Both the position numbers and the translations under genes were made by a program. A model generated the notes under the pieces. That model did no database searches and had not been told where the DNA came from. It saw only the letters and a program-made list of their open reading frames with translations. A stretch of DNA of 54,143 bases from a virus (Duplodnaviria; Caudoviricetes), in IMG/VR virus record IMGVR_UViG_3300006750_000012, positions 1-54,143 of that record, one strand, 5' to 3'. Positions 1-8,010 of this stretch are shown piece by piece. Each line of letters opens with the position of its first letter. Positions within the stretch are counted from its first letter, which is position 1.

Positions 1-48
1 TGCCGCACGGCTATCTGCCGGCCGGCGCAGCCCTCCCGCCCTCCCATC

Positions 49-77
49 ATTGTAGCACAAATCGCCCTCGCTGTCAA
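49..77 (-). promoter_or_regulatory. sigma70-type promoter firing leftward out of the window
   Basis: Reverse complement reads TTGACA-17 nt-TACAAT. Confidence 0.65.
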
Positions 78-146
78 TACGTAATTTCCCCTATTAACTG
101 GTGCGATGCAGCATGATATAATTATCCCAGCGTAGAAAAACGCGCG

Positions 147-360
147 CAGCGCCAGCCAACATAGTATCAAACGGGAAGATTTTCTACGTGTGGACCTGGA
201 CAGTGTCAAGGCGGAAATTTTTCACTTGCGCAGCGCCAGCCACCATAGTATCAAACGGGAAGATTTTCTACGTGTGGAGCGCCAGCCACCATAGTATCAA
301 ACAGGAAATTTTCTACGTGTGGACCTGGACAGTGTCAAGGCGGAAATTTTTCACTTGCGC
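147..360. repeat. Direct-repeat array A-B-A-A-B (A ~46 nt, B ~37 nt), reminiscent of the T5 terminal/injection-stop repeat region
   Basis: A = gcgccagccaccatagtatcaaac(g/a)ggaa..ttttctacgtgtgga at ~148, 232, 279; B = cctggacagtgtcaaggcggaaatttttcacttgcgc at 195, 324. Confidence 0.9.
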
Positions 361-383
361 CGCGGCCCTGGATTTGCTATAAT
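355..383 (+). promoter_or_regulatory. sigma70-type promoter
   Basis: TTGCGC-17-TATAAT with TG extension. Confidence 0.55.
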
Positions 384-433
384 ATTTTTATCAAGTGGGA
401 AGACACTCAGATTTCAAACGAGAAAATTCCCAC

Positions 434-462
434 TTGAAATGAAAGGCTTTTTGCCTTATAAT
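434..462 (+). promoter_or_regulatory. T5-type strong sigma70 promoter
   Basis: TTGAAA-17-TATAAT. Confidence 0.8.
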
Positions 463-511
463 ATATACATAATTTGAGAAATGGCTCAGATTTAACTTTT
501 TTAGCAGGAGA

Positions 512-895
512 ATGGATATGACCGAAAAACGTTATACCGATGAGTTTGTAACGGAACTCCGTACCCGTTACACCGAAGCCGAAGGTTATGAGGCAGAGCA
601 GGCGGTTATCAAAGAGATCGCCAATGAGACGGACTTCACGGTTCCCCAGCTTCGTGCGAAGCTCGTAGCCGAGAAGGTCTACAACGCGAAGCCCACGGTT
701 CCCGCTGGTAAGCGTCGAGTTCGCAAGGCCGAACTGGTAACCCAGCTGGCAACGCTTGTTGGTGAGCCCGAAGAGACGGTCGAAACCTTTGAGAAGGCCA
801 ACGCAAAGGCCCTGGAGATCGTAGTTGGTCGCCTGCGCGCTTGGAAAGCGCGTGCCGAGGCTGCCGAGGCTGTCGAGGCTGTCGAAGCCCAGTAG
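512..895 (+). CDS. T5 A2-like small DNA-binding protein
   Basis: GGAG RBS; pattern LRAKLV..KVY..K / RKAELV / FEKAN..LE resembles T5 A2 as recalled. Confidence 0.65.
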   Translation: MDMTEKRYTDEFVTELRTRYTEAEGYEAEQAVIKEIANETDFTVPQLRAKLVAEKVYNAKPTVPAGKRRVRKAELVTQLATLVGEPEETVETFEKANAKALEIVVGRLRAWKARAEAAEAVEAVEAQ

Positions 896-910
896 ACTGT
901 TCAAGTCGGA

Positions 911-936
911 GGAGCCCCGTTCAGGGGCTTCTTTTT
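911..936 (+). terminator. Rho-independent terminator
   Basis: GGAGCCCC-gttca-GGGGCTTC followed by TTTTT. Confidence 0.8.
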
Positions 937-1026
937 GCGCGTAAAATGCTGCATTGCAGCAAAGCTGCACGCGCCAGTATACCACAGAGCCCTCCCCGCT
1001 GTCAAGTTACAAATTCCAATGGCCAT

Positions 1027-1050
1027 AAAAAAGCCCCAATTAAGGGGCTT
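1027..1050 (-). terminator. Probable terminator for the leftward operon
   Basis: A-tract then AAGCCCC/GGGGCTT hairpin. Confidence 0.6.
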
Positions 1051-1299
1051 AATACCGCGCCTCCGCGCGGGGTTTTTAGGTCAAAAAAGGCAGTATTAGG
1101 CGAATTTAGACGAAAAAAGGCGCTAAAAGGGGTAATTTGGGGCAAAAAGGGGTAATTTGAGTAGTTTTTTACCCCTTTTACCCTGTAAATGGCGCGGAGG
1201 CGCCAAATTGTCGACTTGACAGCCTGGAGCGCCTCGAACTGAATAATTTTGATTCAAATTTAGCTTAGGTAGTCTATTTTTCAGCCCCTATTATTAGTT

Positions 1300-1701
1300 T
1301 CACTGTATTACTCTCATTCTAGTTCTAAGCATTTGAGACTTAATCTCACTAGTCTCTACTAAATCAGTAAGCGCACCTAGTGCTTCTTCTAATGTATTAT
1401 CCTGATCTTGTACTACTTCTCTTAATGTTATAAGTGTTTGTTTGGGAGTTTTATCTAATCCAGGAAGTTCGCAATCGTAGACCTTTTCTATATCAGAAAC
1501 AATCTCACTTTTCTTCTCTGGTACAGTCCCAAACTTAGTACGATACCCAGCCTTCTCATAGATTCCCATATTAGAAAGTTTCGCTATTACGGACTTTGGT
1601 GTACGGTTTAAATCTATACATAGTTGGTTAACTGTATCCATACTAGGATTAGCCTCATACTTTTCTACTATATACTTTTCGTCCCTCTTACTATACGCCA
1701 T
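1300..1701 (-). CDS. A2/D3-like DNA-binding protein paralog
   Basis: SVIAKLSNMGIY..KKSEIV..LDK motif shared with 512..895 and 25033..25401. Confidence 0.6.
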   Translation of the reverse strand: MAYSKRDEKYIVEKYEANPSMDTVNQLCIDLNRTPKSVIAKLSNMGIYEKAGYRTKFGTVPEKKSEIVSDIEKVYDCELPGLDKTPKQTLITLREVVQDQDNTLEEALGALTDLVETSEIKSQMLRTRMRVIQ

Positions 1702-1775
1702 CTTTTTTCCTTATATCTGCTATAGTTGCCTGCATACGCGCGAGAATCGCGCGCAATGGTGGCAATAATTCTATC

Positions 1776-2636
1776 CTATAATCTATTTTCATATTTTTCT
1801 AATCCATCCTTTATTTCATCGTATGCTTTTGGTATAGCATCCCAGTTTTCTGGGTCTAAAATCATTACGTCTATTTCTCTGTTATATAAGTGTGCAAGCC
1901 AACCCTGCAACATCATACATATAATAGGTTTTGGATAATCCTTAAACTCTTGTAATACTACCGGATACCCATTAATATTATAGTTGTATACATCCTTTTT
2001 TGGCACTTTGCGGCTGAAAGCCGCCATTCGCCATTCTCGTAATTCATAAGGACTATCGTAAAACTCATAGTAAGATAAGTCTTGACGTCTAAACTCCGGC
2101 AAGTCCACTAGTGCTTTACCTAGTAGTACTCCCAGCTTTTCATCCTCTAAACTCCAGTCTTCATATTGGATGCCTCGCGCATCCTTGAAAGCATATAGAA
2201 CAAATGGCGTTAACGCGCCAAACCTCCTAAAATCAGGATCTATCTGAGTACCTGCTAGGAGTGTGCTACGAGTAGCCTTAGCGAACATAACTATGATACT
2301 ACGCACGTCCTCCCCAGTCACAGTAACTGTAGTACTATTGTCACCTTCTCCAACTGCGAAGCTTACCTCATCCGGTAAACTATTGGCATCTTCTATTAAT
2401 CTACTAGCAAGATACTTTCCAGTTGAAGCATCCTTAGTTGGATTTAGGGTCTTACTTAGAATGTTCATCATCTTAAGACAGTCCAAATGTGTGAACTTAT
2501 CCTTAGCTTTCAACTTTCCATCTTCCAGTAAGATTTCCCGGCGATTAGTTAGTTCTCCAGCCTCATAAAGCCCGCCTCCGCGGGCAAAGTGGGGCTTGAT
2601 CCTCGGTGCAGATCCTGCTCCAAAGTTTATTTTCAT
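1776..2636 (-). CDS. Conserved T5-like hypothetical protein (286 aa)
   Basis: RFGALTPFVLYAFK..RGIQYEDW and MMLQGW resemble a conserved T5 early hypothetical encoded just inside the terminal repeat (recalled, not searched); AAGGA RBS. Confidence 0.7.
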   Translation of the reverse strand: MKINFGAGSAPRIKPHFARGGGLYEAGELTNRREILLEDGKLKAKDKFTHLDCLKMMNILSKTLNPTKDASTGKYLASRLIEDANSLPDEVSFAVGEGDNSTTVTVTGEDVRSIIVMFAKATRSTLLAGTQIDPDFRRFGALTPFVLYAFKDARGIQYEDWSLEDEKLGVLLGKALVDLPEFRRQDLSYYEFYDSPYELREWRMAAFSRKVPKKDVYNYNINGYPVVLQEFKDYPKPIICMMLQGWLAHLYNREIDVMILDPENWDAIPKAYDEIKDGLEKYENRL

Positions 2637-2857
2637 ATATTTTCCTTGATATTGTTATGAAATAACATTTCCCAGTTACACAGTGTAATTTATTTCTTAG
2701 TATAATTCAAATGCAATTGCCCTTAGAGGGGGAATGTACTGAAAATATACGCGAATTGAAACCGCCACTAGACGAAATTTATACACCTTCCGCAAGCTCC
2801 CGGAAAATTCCTAGTAACGAAATTCGTAATTTTCATACATTCCTTCATGATATAAAT

Positions 2858-2886
2858 ATTATATCACACCTTTAGCATGATGTCAA
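2858..2886 (-). promoter_or_regulatory. sigma70 promoter (leftward)
   Basis: Reverse complement TTGACA-17-TATAAT with A-rich UP element. Confidence 0.85.
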
Positions 2887-2969
2887 TAACTTTTTTTGAG
2901 TGGGTGATATGATCTTGATGTCAAATACGCTATTCGTTTTAGTTACATAAAGGTATGAAAAATTTTTTC

Positions 2970-2998
2970 TTGACAAGTGATGGTAATTTTGATATAAT
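2970..2998 (+). promoter_or_regulatory. sigma70 promoter (rightward, divergent)
   Basis: TTGACA-17-TATAAT. Confidence 0.9.
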
Positions 2999-3008
2999 AT
3001 AGTATGAA

Positions 3009-3275
3009 ATGGAGAACTTTATGAACAATAAACAACTACTTTGGATTTTTACTACTGGCTATTTTAGCGCATGGTTTATTTTTGGTATAAAAGTAGGCGT
3101 GTTCGCTCTAATAGCGCATACGTCTGGTGCATTAGCTTTGCATTACCTAAATATGAATCAGCAAGATAAGATAGAGGAATTGCGCAATGCGTTACATAAC
3201 GCAGTACGTGATGTGGAAGTAAAACAAGGCCAAGACATTTCAGCAGCTCTCGACAAAGACAATAGGTTAAATTAA
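3009..3275 (+). CDS. Hypothetical membrane protein
   Basis: Hydrophobic N-terminal half, follows the promoter. Confidence 0.6.
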   Translation: MENFMNNKQLLWIFTTGYFSAWFIFGIKVGVFALIAHTSGALALHYLNMNQQDKIEELRNALHNAVRDVEVKQGQDISAALDKDNRLN

Positions 3276-3475
3276 TGTTGACTAGAAAGCATTTTTTCAA
3301 CGATCGCGTGCATAGTCTTTTCTTACCTTATCTTTGGAAGTATCGTGTCTGGCGTGATCGTTGGATTATCAATCACCGTATTATTACACCTTGTATAGAT
3401 ATACTTAGGATGATAATGCTTGCCGTTGCTATCGGCTGGTTACTAGCCATGGCAGGTAAAGTTTCGGCTGGTTAA
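3275..3475 (+). CDS. Hypothetical membrane protein
   Basis: TAATG coupling to the upstream gene; C-terminal hydrophobic segment. Confidence 0.5.
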   Translation: MLTRKHFFNDRVHSLFLPYLWKYRVWRDRWIINHRIITPCIDILRMIMLAVAIGWLLAMAGKVSAG

Positions 3476-3570
3476 TACTTGGAGGACTGTAGCTGGACGA
3501 TACATAGTTCTAAAGCAGTGTGGATGAAAGTAGGTTTGGACACTATACGTCCTACAATGAGAGGAATAAT

Positions 3571-3696
3571 ATGGATACAGCGATATATGTCATCGGAGGT
3601 ATAATTGTTGTGGTAGCAATTTTTCTATTCTTAACGGGTAGAGACAACAATCCTATTGATGACTGGTTTAATTGGGAAAATAAGAAGGATAAATAA
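3571..3696 (+). CDS. Small single-TM protein (41 aa, not in ORF track)
   Basis: GAGGA RBS; MDTAIYVIGGIIVVVAIFLFLTG... Confidence 0.6.
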   Translation: MDTAIYVIGGIIVVVAIFLFLTGRDNNPIDDWFNWENKKDK

Positions 3697-3798
3697 TGAG
3701 TAGAATAACAGAAAAACGCTTATGGGTTAACCCCAGTACTAGTGCGGACGTAAATTGGTACGCTGGCCACGGCCAGTATTTATACGAAGGGGAATGAC

Positions 3799-4452
3799 AT
3801 GCGACACATTTGGAGTATAGCAGCAGTAATTGTTTTGGCGGCAGCGGCGGTAATTGCGCAGGCCGAGGTGACTGGCAATATCGGTTGGGATAGTGACTAC
3901 GTTTTCCGTGGCGTACCGCAGAGTGAATCGTCGGCCAGCGGTGGCATCGACTGGGAAGGCGATTCAGGTTTCTACCTGGGTACCTGGGCCGCAGATGTTG
4001 GTGATGGTCTGGAAATCGATTACTACGGTGGCTGGGGGGCCGAAACCGATAGTGGTTTCAGTTATTCCGTCGGCTACACGCTGTATGACTATACCGGCGA
4101 CTTCGATGAGGAATACCAGGAAGTTAATCTGGGTGTCGGCTTTGGTTGGCTCTCGCTGGATATTTCCATAGGTGAATGGGACGGCGACGGGGACGGCGAC
4201 GACTACACCAACTACGAACTAACCGCTGAACGCAATGGCTTCTTCGTAACGCTTGGCAGTTGGGGTGACGACTTTGACGCCGATTACCTCAAGCTGGGTT
4301 ACGCCACCGAGATCGCCGGCATAGATGTGACTAGTTACTACGTGTACAGCAACGCAGCCTTCATTTACGGCAGCGACTCGAACGTGGTCGTTCAGGTCAG
4401 CAAGAGTTTCTCTTTCGAGCAGGTTGCAGATGCTTTTAACGGCACCGAGTAA
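3799..4452 (+). CDS. TorF-family (gcw_chp-like) putative outer-membrane porin
   Basis: Signal peptide; SDYVFRGVPQ, GGIDW, GFYLGTW, EIDYYGGW motifs; visibly GC-richer than its flanks. Confidence 0.8.
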   Translation: MRHIWSIAAVIVLAAAAVIAQAEVTGNIGWDSDYVFRGVPQSESSASGGIDWEGDSGFYLGTWAADVGDGLEIDYYGGWGAETDSGFSYSVGYTLYDYTGDFDEEYQEVNLGVGFGWLSLDISIGEWDGDGDGDDYTNYELTAERNGFFVTLGSWGDDFDADYLKLGYATEIAGIDVTSYYVYSNAAFIYGSDSNVVVQVSKSFSFEQVADAFNGTE

Positions 4453-4484
4453 CGCTTTACGAGCCAGCAAATGGAAAAAATATT

Positions 4485-4934
4485 ATGAAGATATTCCGTT
4501 GGAATAATCCTTATGGTAAATATGCAGTAGTTGCATTTGTAGTTGCATTTGCATTACTATATGTACGTGAGTGTCAGGCCGATGTATGGTTTCAAGCAGG
4601 ATATGGGACTGAAAACAGTTTTAACTTGCTGGAGCCAAAGAACTTGGCTATTGAAGGAGCTTATGTATATAAAGACGATTGGGAAGTGGCTACGGGGTAT
4701 AGTAATATGTGGTATCTTAGTGGTACTCGTGTAGTTAATTACCGATCTTTATTCCTTAACCTAGGATTAGGAGTAAATGAAACTAATGAAAACTTGCCTA
4801 AGTGGTGGAATTTTAGTTTAGGCGCAGGTTTCAATATAAAGAAGTGTAGAGTACAATTCCGACACTTTAGTAATGCAGGAATTGAAAAGCCTAATAGAGG
4901 TGAAAATTGGATACTATGGGGATGTAAAATATGA
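4485..4934 (+). CDS. pagL: PagL-like lipid A 3-O-deacylase (outer-membrane beta-barrel)
   Basis: C-terminal RHFSNAGIEKPNRGEN matches the PagL H-x-S-N-A-G...P-N-x-G catalytic motif; N-terminal signal-like segment. Confidence 0.75.
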   Translation: MKIFRWNNPYGKYAVVAFVVAFALLYVRECQADVWFQAGYGTENSFNLLEPKNLAIEGAYVYKDDWEVATGYSNMWYLSGTRVVNYRSLFLNLGLGVNETNENLPKWWNFSLGAGFNIKKCRVQFRHFSNAGIEKPNRGENWILWGCKI

Positions 4935-5034
4935 TTGATAAATTAAAAGAACAGTGGACTTGGCTAGAAACTGTTCTAAGGTATAATCTATGGAAGACCG
5001 TAGGTGGAAGTAGCGTAGTTGGATTTATTGTTAA

Positions 5035-5328
5035 TTGGTTGATAATATAATGCAGCCCTGGATAATAGCAACAATAATGATGTGGGCAGGTATTATACTA
5101 GTATGCTCTAGCTGGTTTTTACTAAGTGTAACAGCTGGTTTAATTACAGTGGGTACAATATTCGGACTCTTACTCTTAACTTTTGGATTTAAGACCTTAA
5201 ACAGATTAGAATTTGAAGCCCAATTGCAAGAGGCAAATACAGGATACGAAATCGGACCAGAAGATGTTGAAAAATACTCTGATCTAACTCCCGAACAGCG
5301 CGAAAAGTCTGACTTGAATTCTGAATAA
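5035..5328 (+). CDS. Hypothetical 2-TM protein
   Basis: Two hydrophobic helices. Confidence 0.55.
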   Translation: MVDNIMQPWIIATIMMWAGIILVCSSWFLLSVTAGLITVGTIFGLLLLTFGFKTLNRLEFEAQLQEANTGYEIGPEDVEKYSDLTPEQREKSDLNSE

Positions 5329-5342
5329 AAATTTCCTATAAT
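5314..5342 (+). promoter_or_regulatory. sigma70 promoter
   Basis: TTGAAT-17-TATAAT. Confidence 0.8.
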
Positions 5343-5387
5343 ATATATACTGATTGAGAAGATTTAAATTCAAATATTGAGGTATAT

Positions 5388-5759
5388 ATGAAAGACCAGA
5401 ATGAAATCAAGCGCCTTCGCGCTGTCATTAGTGCAGCTCTAGCTAAAGAAGGTTATGAGTGCGAATTAGGTAATTGGACGTACACCGATAATCAGGCGTG
5501 GTTCAAAGTGAACATTCTCAGTGCCGGACAGGAAGCTAAAGAGATTGAAAACTGGAACCGATACTGTTTTAAGTTCGGTTTGCGACCTGAAGACTTTGGT
5601 GCTCGCTTTATGTACGACATGGAAGAGTATCAAGTTACTGGAATTCGACCACGAGCACGTAAGTATCCTATCGCTTGTGTACGTCTGAGCGACAGCCACA
5701 CTGATACTGTTTTCCCTGCTAGCACGTTTCGTGCTGGTCGCATGAAGGAGACAGTATAG
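5388..5759 (+). CDS. Hypothetical phage protein
   Basis: GAGGT RBS, 123 aa. Confidence 0.75.
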   Translation: MKDQNEIKRLRAVISAALAKEGYECELGNWTYTDNQAWFKVNILSAGQEAKEIENWNRYCFKFGLRPEDFGARFMYDMEEYQVTGIRPRARKYPIACVRLSDSHTDTVFPASTFRAGRMKETV

Positions 5760-5824
5760 TCCTGAACCTAAAAGAAACTCGAACCCTTCGCGCATTAATT
5801 GCCTGGCTCCGCCAGCAATCAACA

Positions 5825-6358
5825 ATGCTCGGCTACCTGCTGGCAATCCTAATTACATATTTTGGCTGGATAGGCCGCACTGAGCGAAATATTACAGCAG
5901 AAGAAGGGCTGGGTTATATTTTGGGAATTGTGGGCGCCTCACTTATGGCAGCGCTCTTACTATACCCATTACGAAAGCGTGTCCGCTTCCTGCGCTTTCT
6001 TGGTACAACCAAGCGCTGGTTTTTCTGGCACATGGTATTGGGCATCATTGGCCCGATACTAATTCTGTTTCACAGTAATTTTGCCCTGGGCTCCCTGAAC
6101 TCACGTATCTCTCTATATTGCATGTTATTGGTTTCTGGCAGCGGCCTGATTGGACGATATCTTTACTCACATATACATAACGGATTGTATGGTCGCAAGA
6201 CAACTTTACGTTCGCTAACCAAAAAGGAGCAACGTAATATCGCCAATCTGTACCTGTTTGAACGACTCTTTTCTTTCTGGCACATATTGCATTTACCATT
6301 CTTCTTAATGTTTTGTATTTCTACCATCGTTCACATCTTAGCGGTTCATATGTACTGA
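5825..6358 (+). CDS. Ferric-reductase-like transmembrane (heme b) domain protein
   Basis: LLYPLRKR, WFFWHMVLGIIGP.LILFHS, SGLIGRYLY, WHILHLP, VHILAVH: His-bearing TM helices. Confidence 0.65.
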   Translation: MLGYLLAILITYFGWIGRTERNITAEEGLGYILGIVGASLMAALLLYPLRKRVRFLRFLGTTKRWFFWHMVLGIIGPILILFHSNFALGSLNSRISLYCMLLVSGSGLIGRYLYSHIHNGLYGRKTTLRSLTKKEQRNIANLYLFERLFSFWHILHLPFFLMFCISTIVHILAVHMY

Positions 6359-6418
6359 CCTGAAAGTGTTGCAGCTCGAACATAAGGCGAATATGCAGAT
6401 AGAATAAAAAAATCTGAC

Positions 6419-6447
6419 TTGATTCCCGAGTCAAAGTGTGAGATAAT
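6419..6447 (+). promoter_or_regulatory. sigma70 promoter upstream of ncRNA island
   Basis: TTGATT-17-GATAAT with TG extension. Confidence 0.7.
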
Positions 6448-6478
6448 ATATATAATGGGAAAACAACTCTGAATTAGA

Positions 6479-6967
6479 ATTTTCTCGCGTTCCAGCGAGA
6501 AAATCCATGGTCCCCTCGACAGGCGACCCTAAACTAAAAAGTCCGGGTGCTCTACCACTCGTTACAAGGTAGAGGTAGGTAACTCACTGCGCTAGTTGCC
6601 CCTGGGGCTACAGGGATAAGGTAGTCTAAGGTACGGGGTCCTTACAAAACCCCACTCTTTAATAAAGGCTTGATTAACGAAAGTAAAGTAAGAAGAATAT
6701 CATGTCAAGCCTTTATTAAAGAGTGCAGCGGGAAACCGCCGGGTAAGTTAGAAGTCCCGCAAGGAAAGCGTTTTACTTGCACGCATAAAGATCTAATAAA
6801 GTAAATTGGGAAAGGCGAGTAACGGCCTAGTAGGTCAAACGAAAACGCAATAGCAAAAGTAGTATTGATGGAAAAATAATTACACGGTGAGGGGCCACCT
6901 TAGGTAGGTGCGGTATATCAGCTTCGGCGATCATACCATTAGCCACTAGAAGAAGCCCCATTCTTTA
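6479..6967 (+). ncRNA. Putative large structured non-coding RNA (unclassified)
   Basis: No ORF; 10-bp hairpin 6479-6504, perfect 21-bp inverted repeat 6653-6673/6705-6725, GNRA and cUUCGg tetraloop hairpins. Confidence 0.55.
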
Positions 6968-6995
6968 TTTTACAGTAATAAACAGGAAACTTTTT

Positions 6996-7190
6996 ATGCG
7001 AGCGCACGAACAAATGATGCAAGAGGTAATACAATACCTTGATGCAAAAGTAGAAACTCGAGCATATGCAAAAATGTTAACTAGTGCGTATACTAACTAC
7101 GAGCAAGAACTTAGTAATATGCAGCGCGAACTCAATGATGCAGAAAATGCACTCACGATTTTTGAAAACGCGATTTTTGAAAACGAATGA
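6996..7190 (+). CDS. Hypothetical coiled-coil protein
   Basis: AGGA RBS; 64 aa, helical character. Confidence 0.55.
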   Translation: MRAHEQMMQEVIQYLDAKVETRAYAKMLTSAYTNYEQELSNMQRELNDAENALTIFENAIFENE

Positions 7191-7441
7191 TTAGAGTAAT
7201 CAAATTAGAACGCGGTACGTTAGATACGTGGCTAGACTACAGTGTGACCACGTATGATAACTTTACGCAAGCACGTGACGATGCACGTTTTGCGGGATAT
7301 TGCTTAAATGCTCCAGTTCATATGCTTGAGGAAGACATTCTAATAGATGCTACATATATTTCGACATTTGCTCCCAAAAAGGTTGAGTCTTGGCGAAATA
7401 GTACAGCCCAAGGAGATTGGGACGACAAGAACCGAAAATAG
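7187..7441 (+). CDS. Hypothetical protein
   Basis: ATGA overlap with the upstream gene. Confidence 0.55.
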   Translation: MIRVIKLERGTLDTWLDYSVTTYDNFTQARDDARFAGYCLNAPVHMLEEDILIDATYISTFAPKKVESWRNSTAQGDWDDKNRK

Positions 7442-7460
7442 TGAAACAGGGTACCTAATT

Positions 7461-8010
7461 CCTACTGAGGCGTTTGACATCATCCGGCCCAAATAAATAT
7501 CAATTAAATAGGGAGACGATAGTCGCTAAACGTCTATAAATAAAAGAGATACTGTACTGGGCCAGTATATGTCCACCTGAGGCGTGAGATAAAGCCCGAG
7601 TATATATCAGGTAGTCTATGGCAATCGACATAAAAACTTTGCTACCAGAGAATTGATAGTAGGTCCTGGTATATTGAAGTGAACTATCATTAAATCCAAG
7701 TATACAGCTGAAATAATAGACTAAGGTACTTGGTTAGTGGCGCTGCCTAGCGCAGAAAACAAGTAAGGTGTCTGTCCGAGACATTAAATCGAGATGTGAT
7801 AAGGTCCCACTCTAAAAGACCTGTACGTCGACAACGTCCTGAGCATGACAAAAAGCTGCTTAAGTCTTGTGAATCATACGCATCCAAGCCAGTGCTTCTG
7901 GAAGTAACCGGAGGAAATACACACTGAGGTTCTCCTGGTCTGTCCTTAAAAGATCAGGACTATTATACAAGCTAGTTGCTCTCAGAAGGTTCTGACGATC
8001 AGTGGCAAGA
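7461..8010 (+). ncRNA. Putative ncRNA island: tandem H-type pseudoknots and hairpins
   Basis: At least six S1-S2-S1'-A-rich-S2' units; no ORF. Confidence 0.55.

Noticed and set aside
147-360. CRISPR array
   Set aside because: Units abut without unique spacers, and no cas genes are present
188-382. 64-aa ORF
   Set aside because: It is a translation of the repeat array, with no RBS
407-985. Antisense and alternate-frame ORFs (e.g. 407..985, 2263..2568, 41557..42093, 45951..46436)
   Set aside because: They are shadows of better-supported genes and show no motifs
6717-6967. RNase P RNA or group II intron
   Set aside because: AGAAGTCC resembles RNase P CR-I but has no P4 partner; no convincing domain V or intron-encoded ORF
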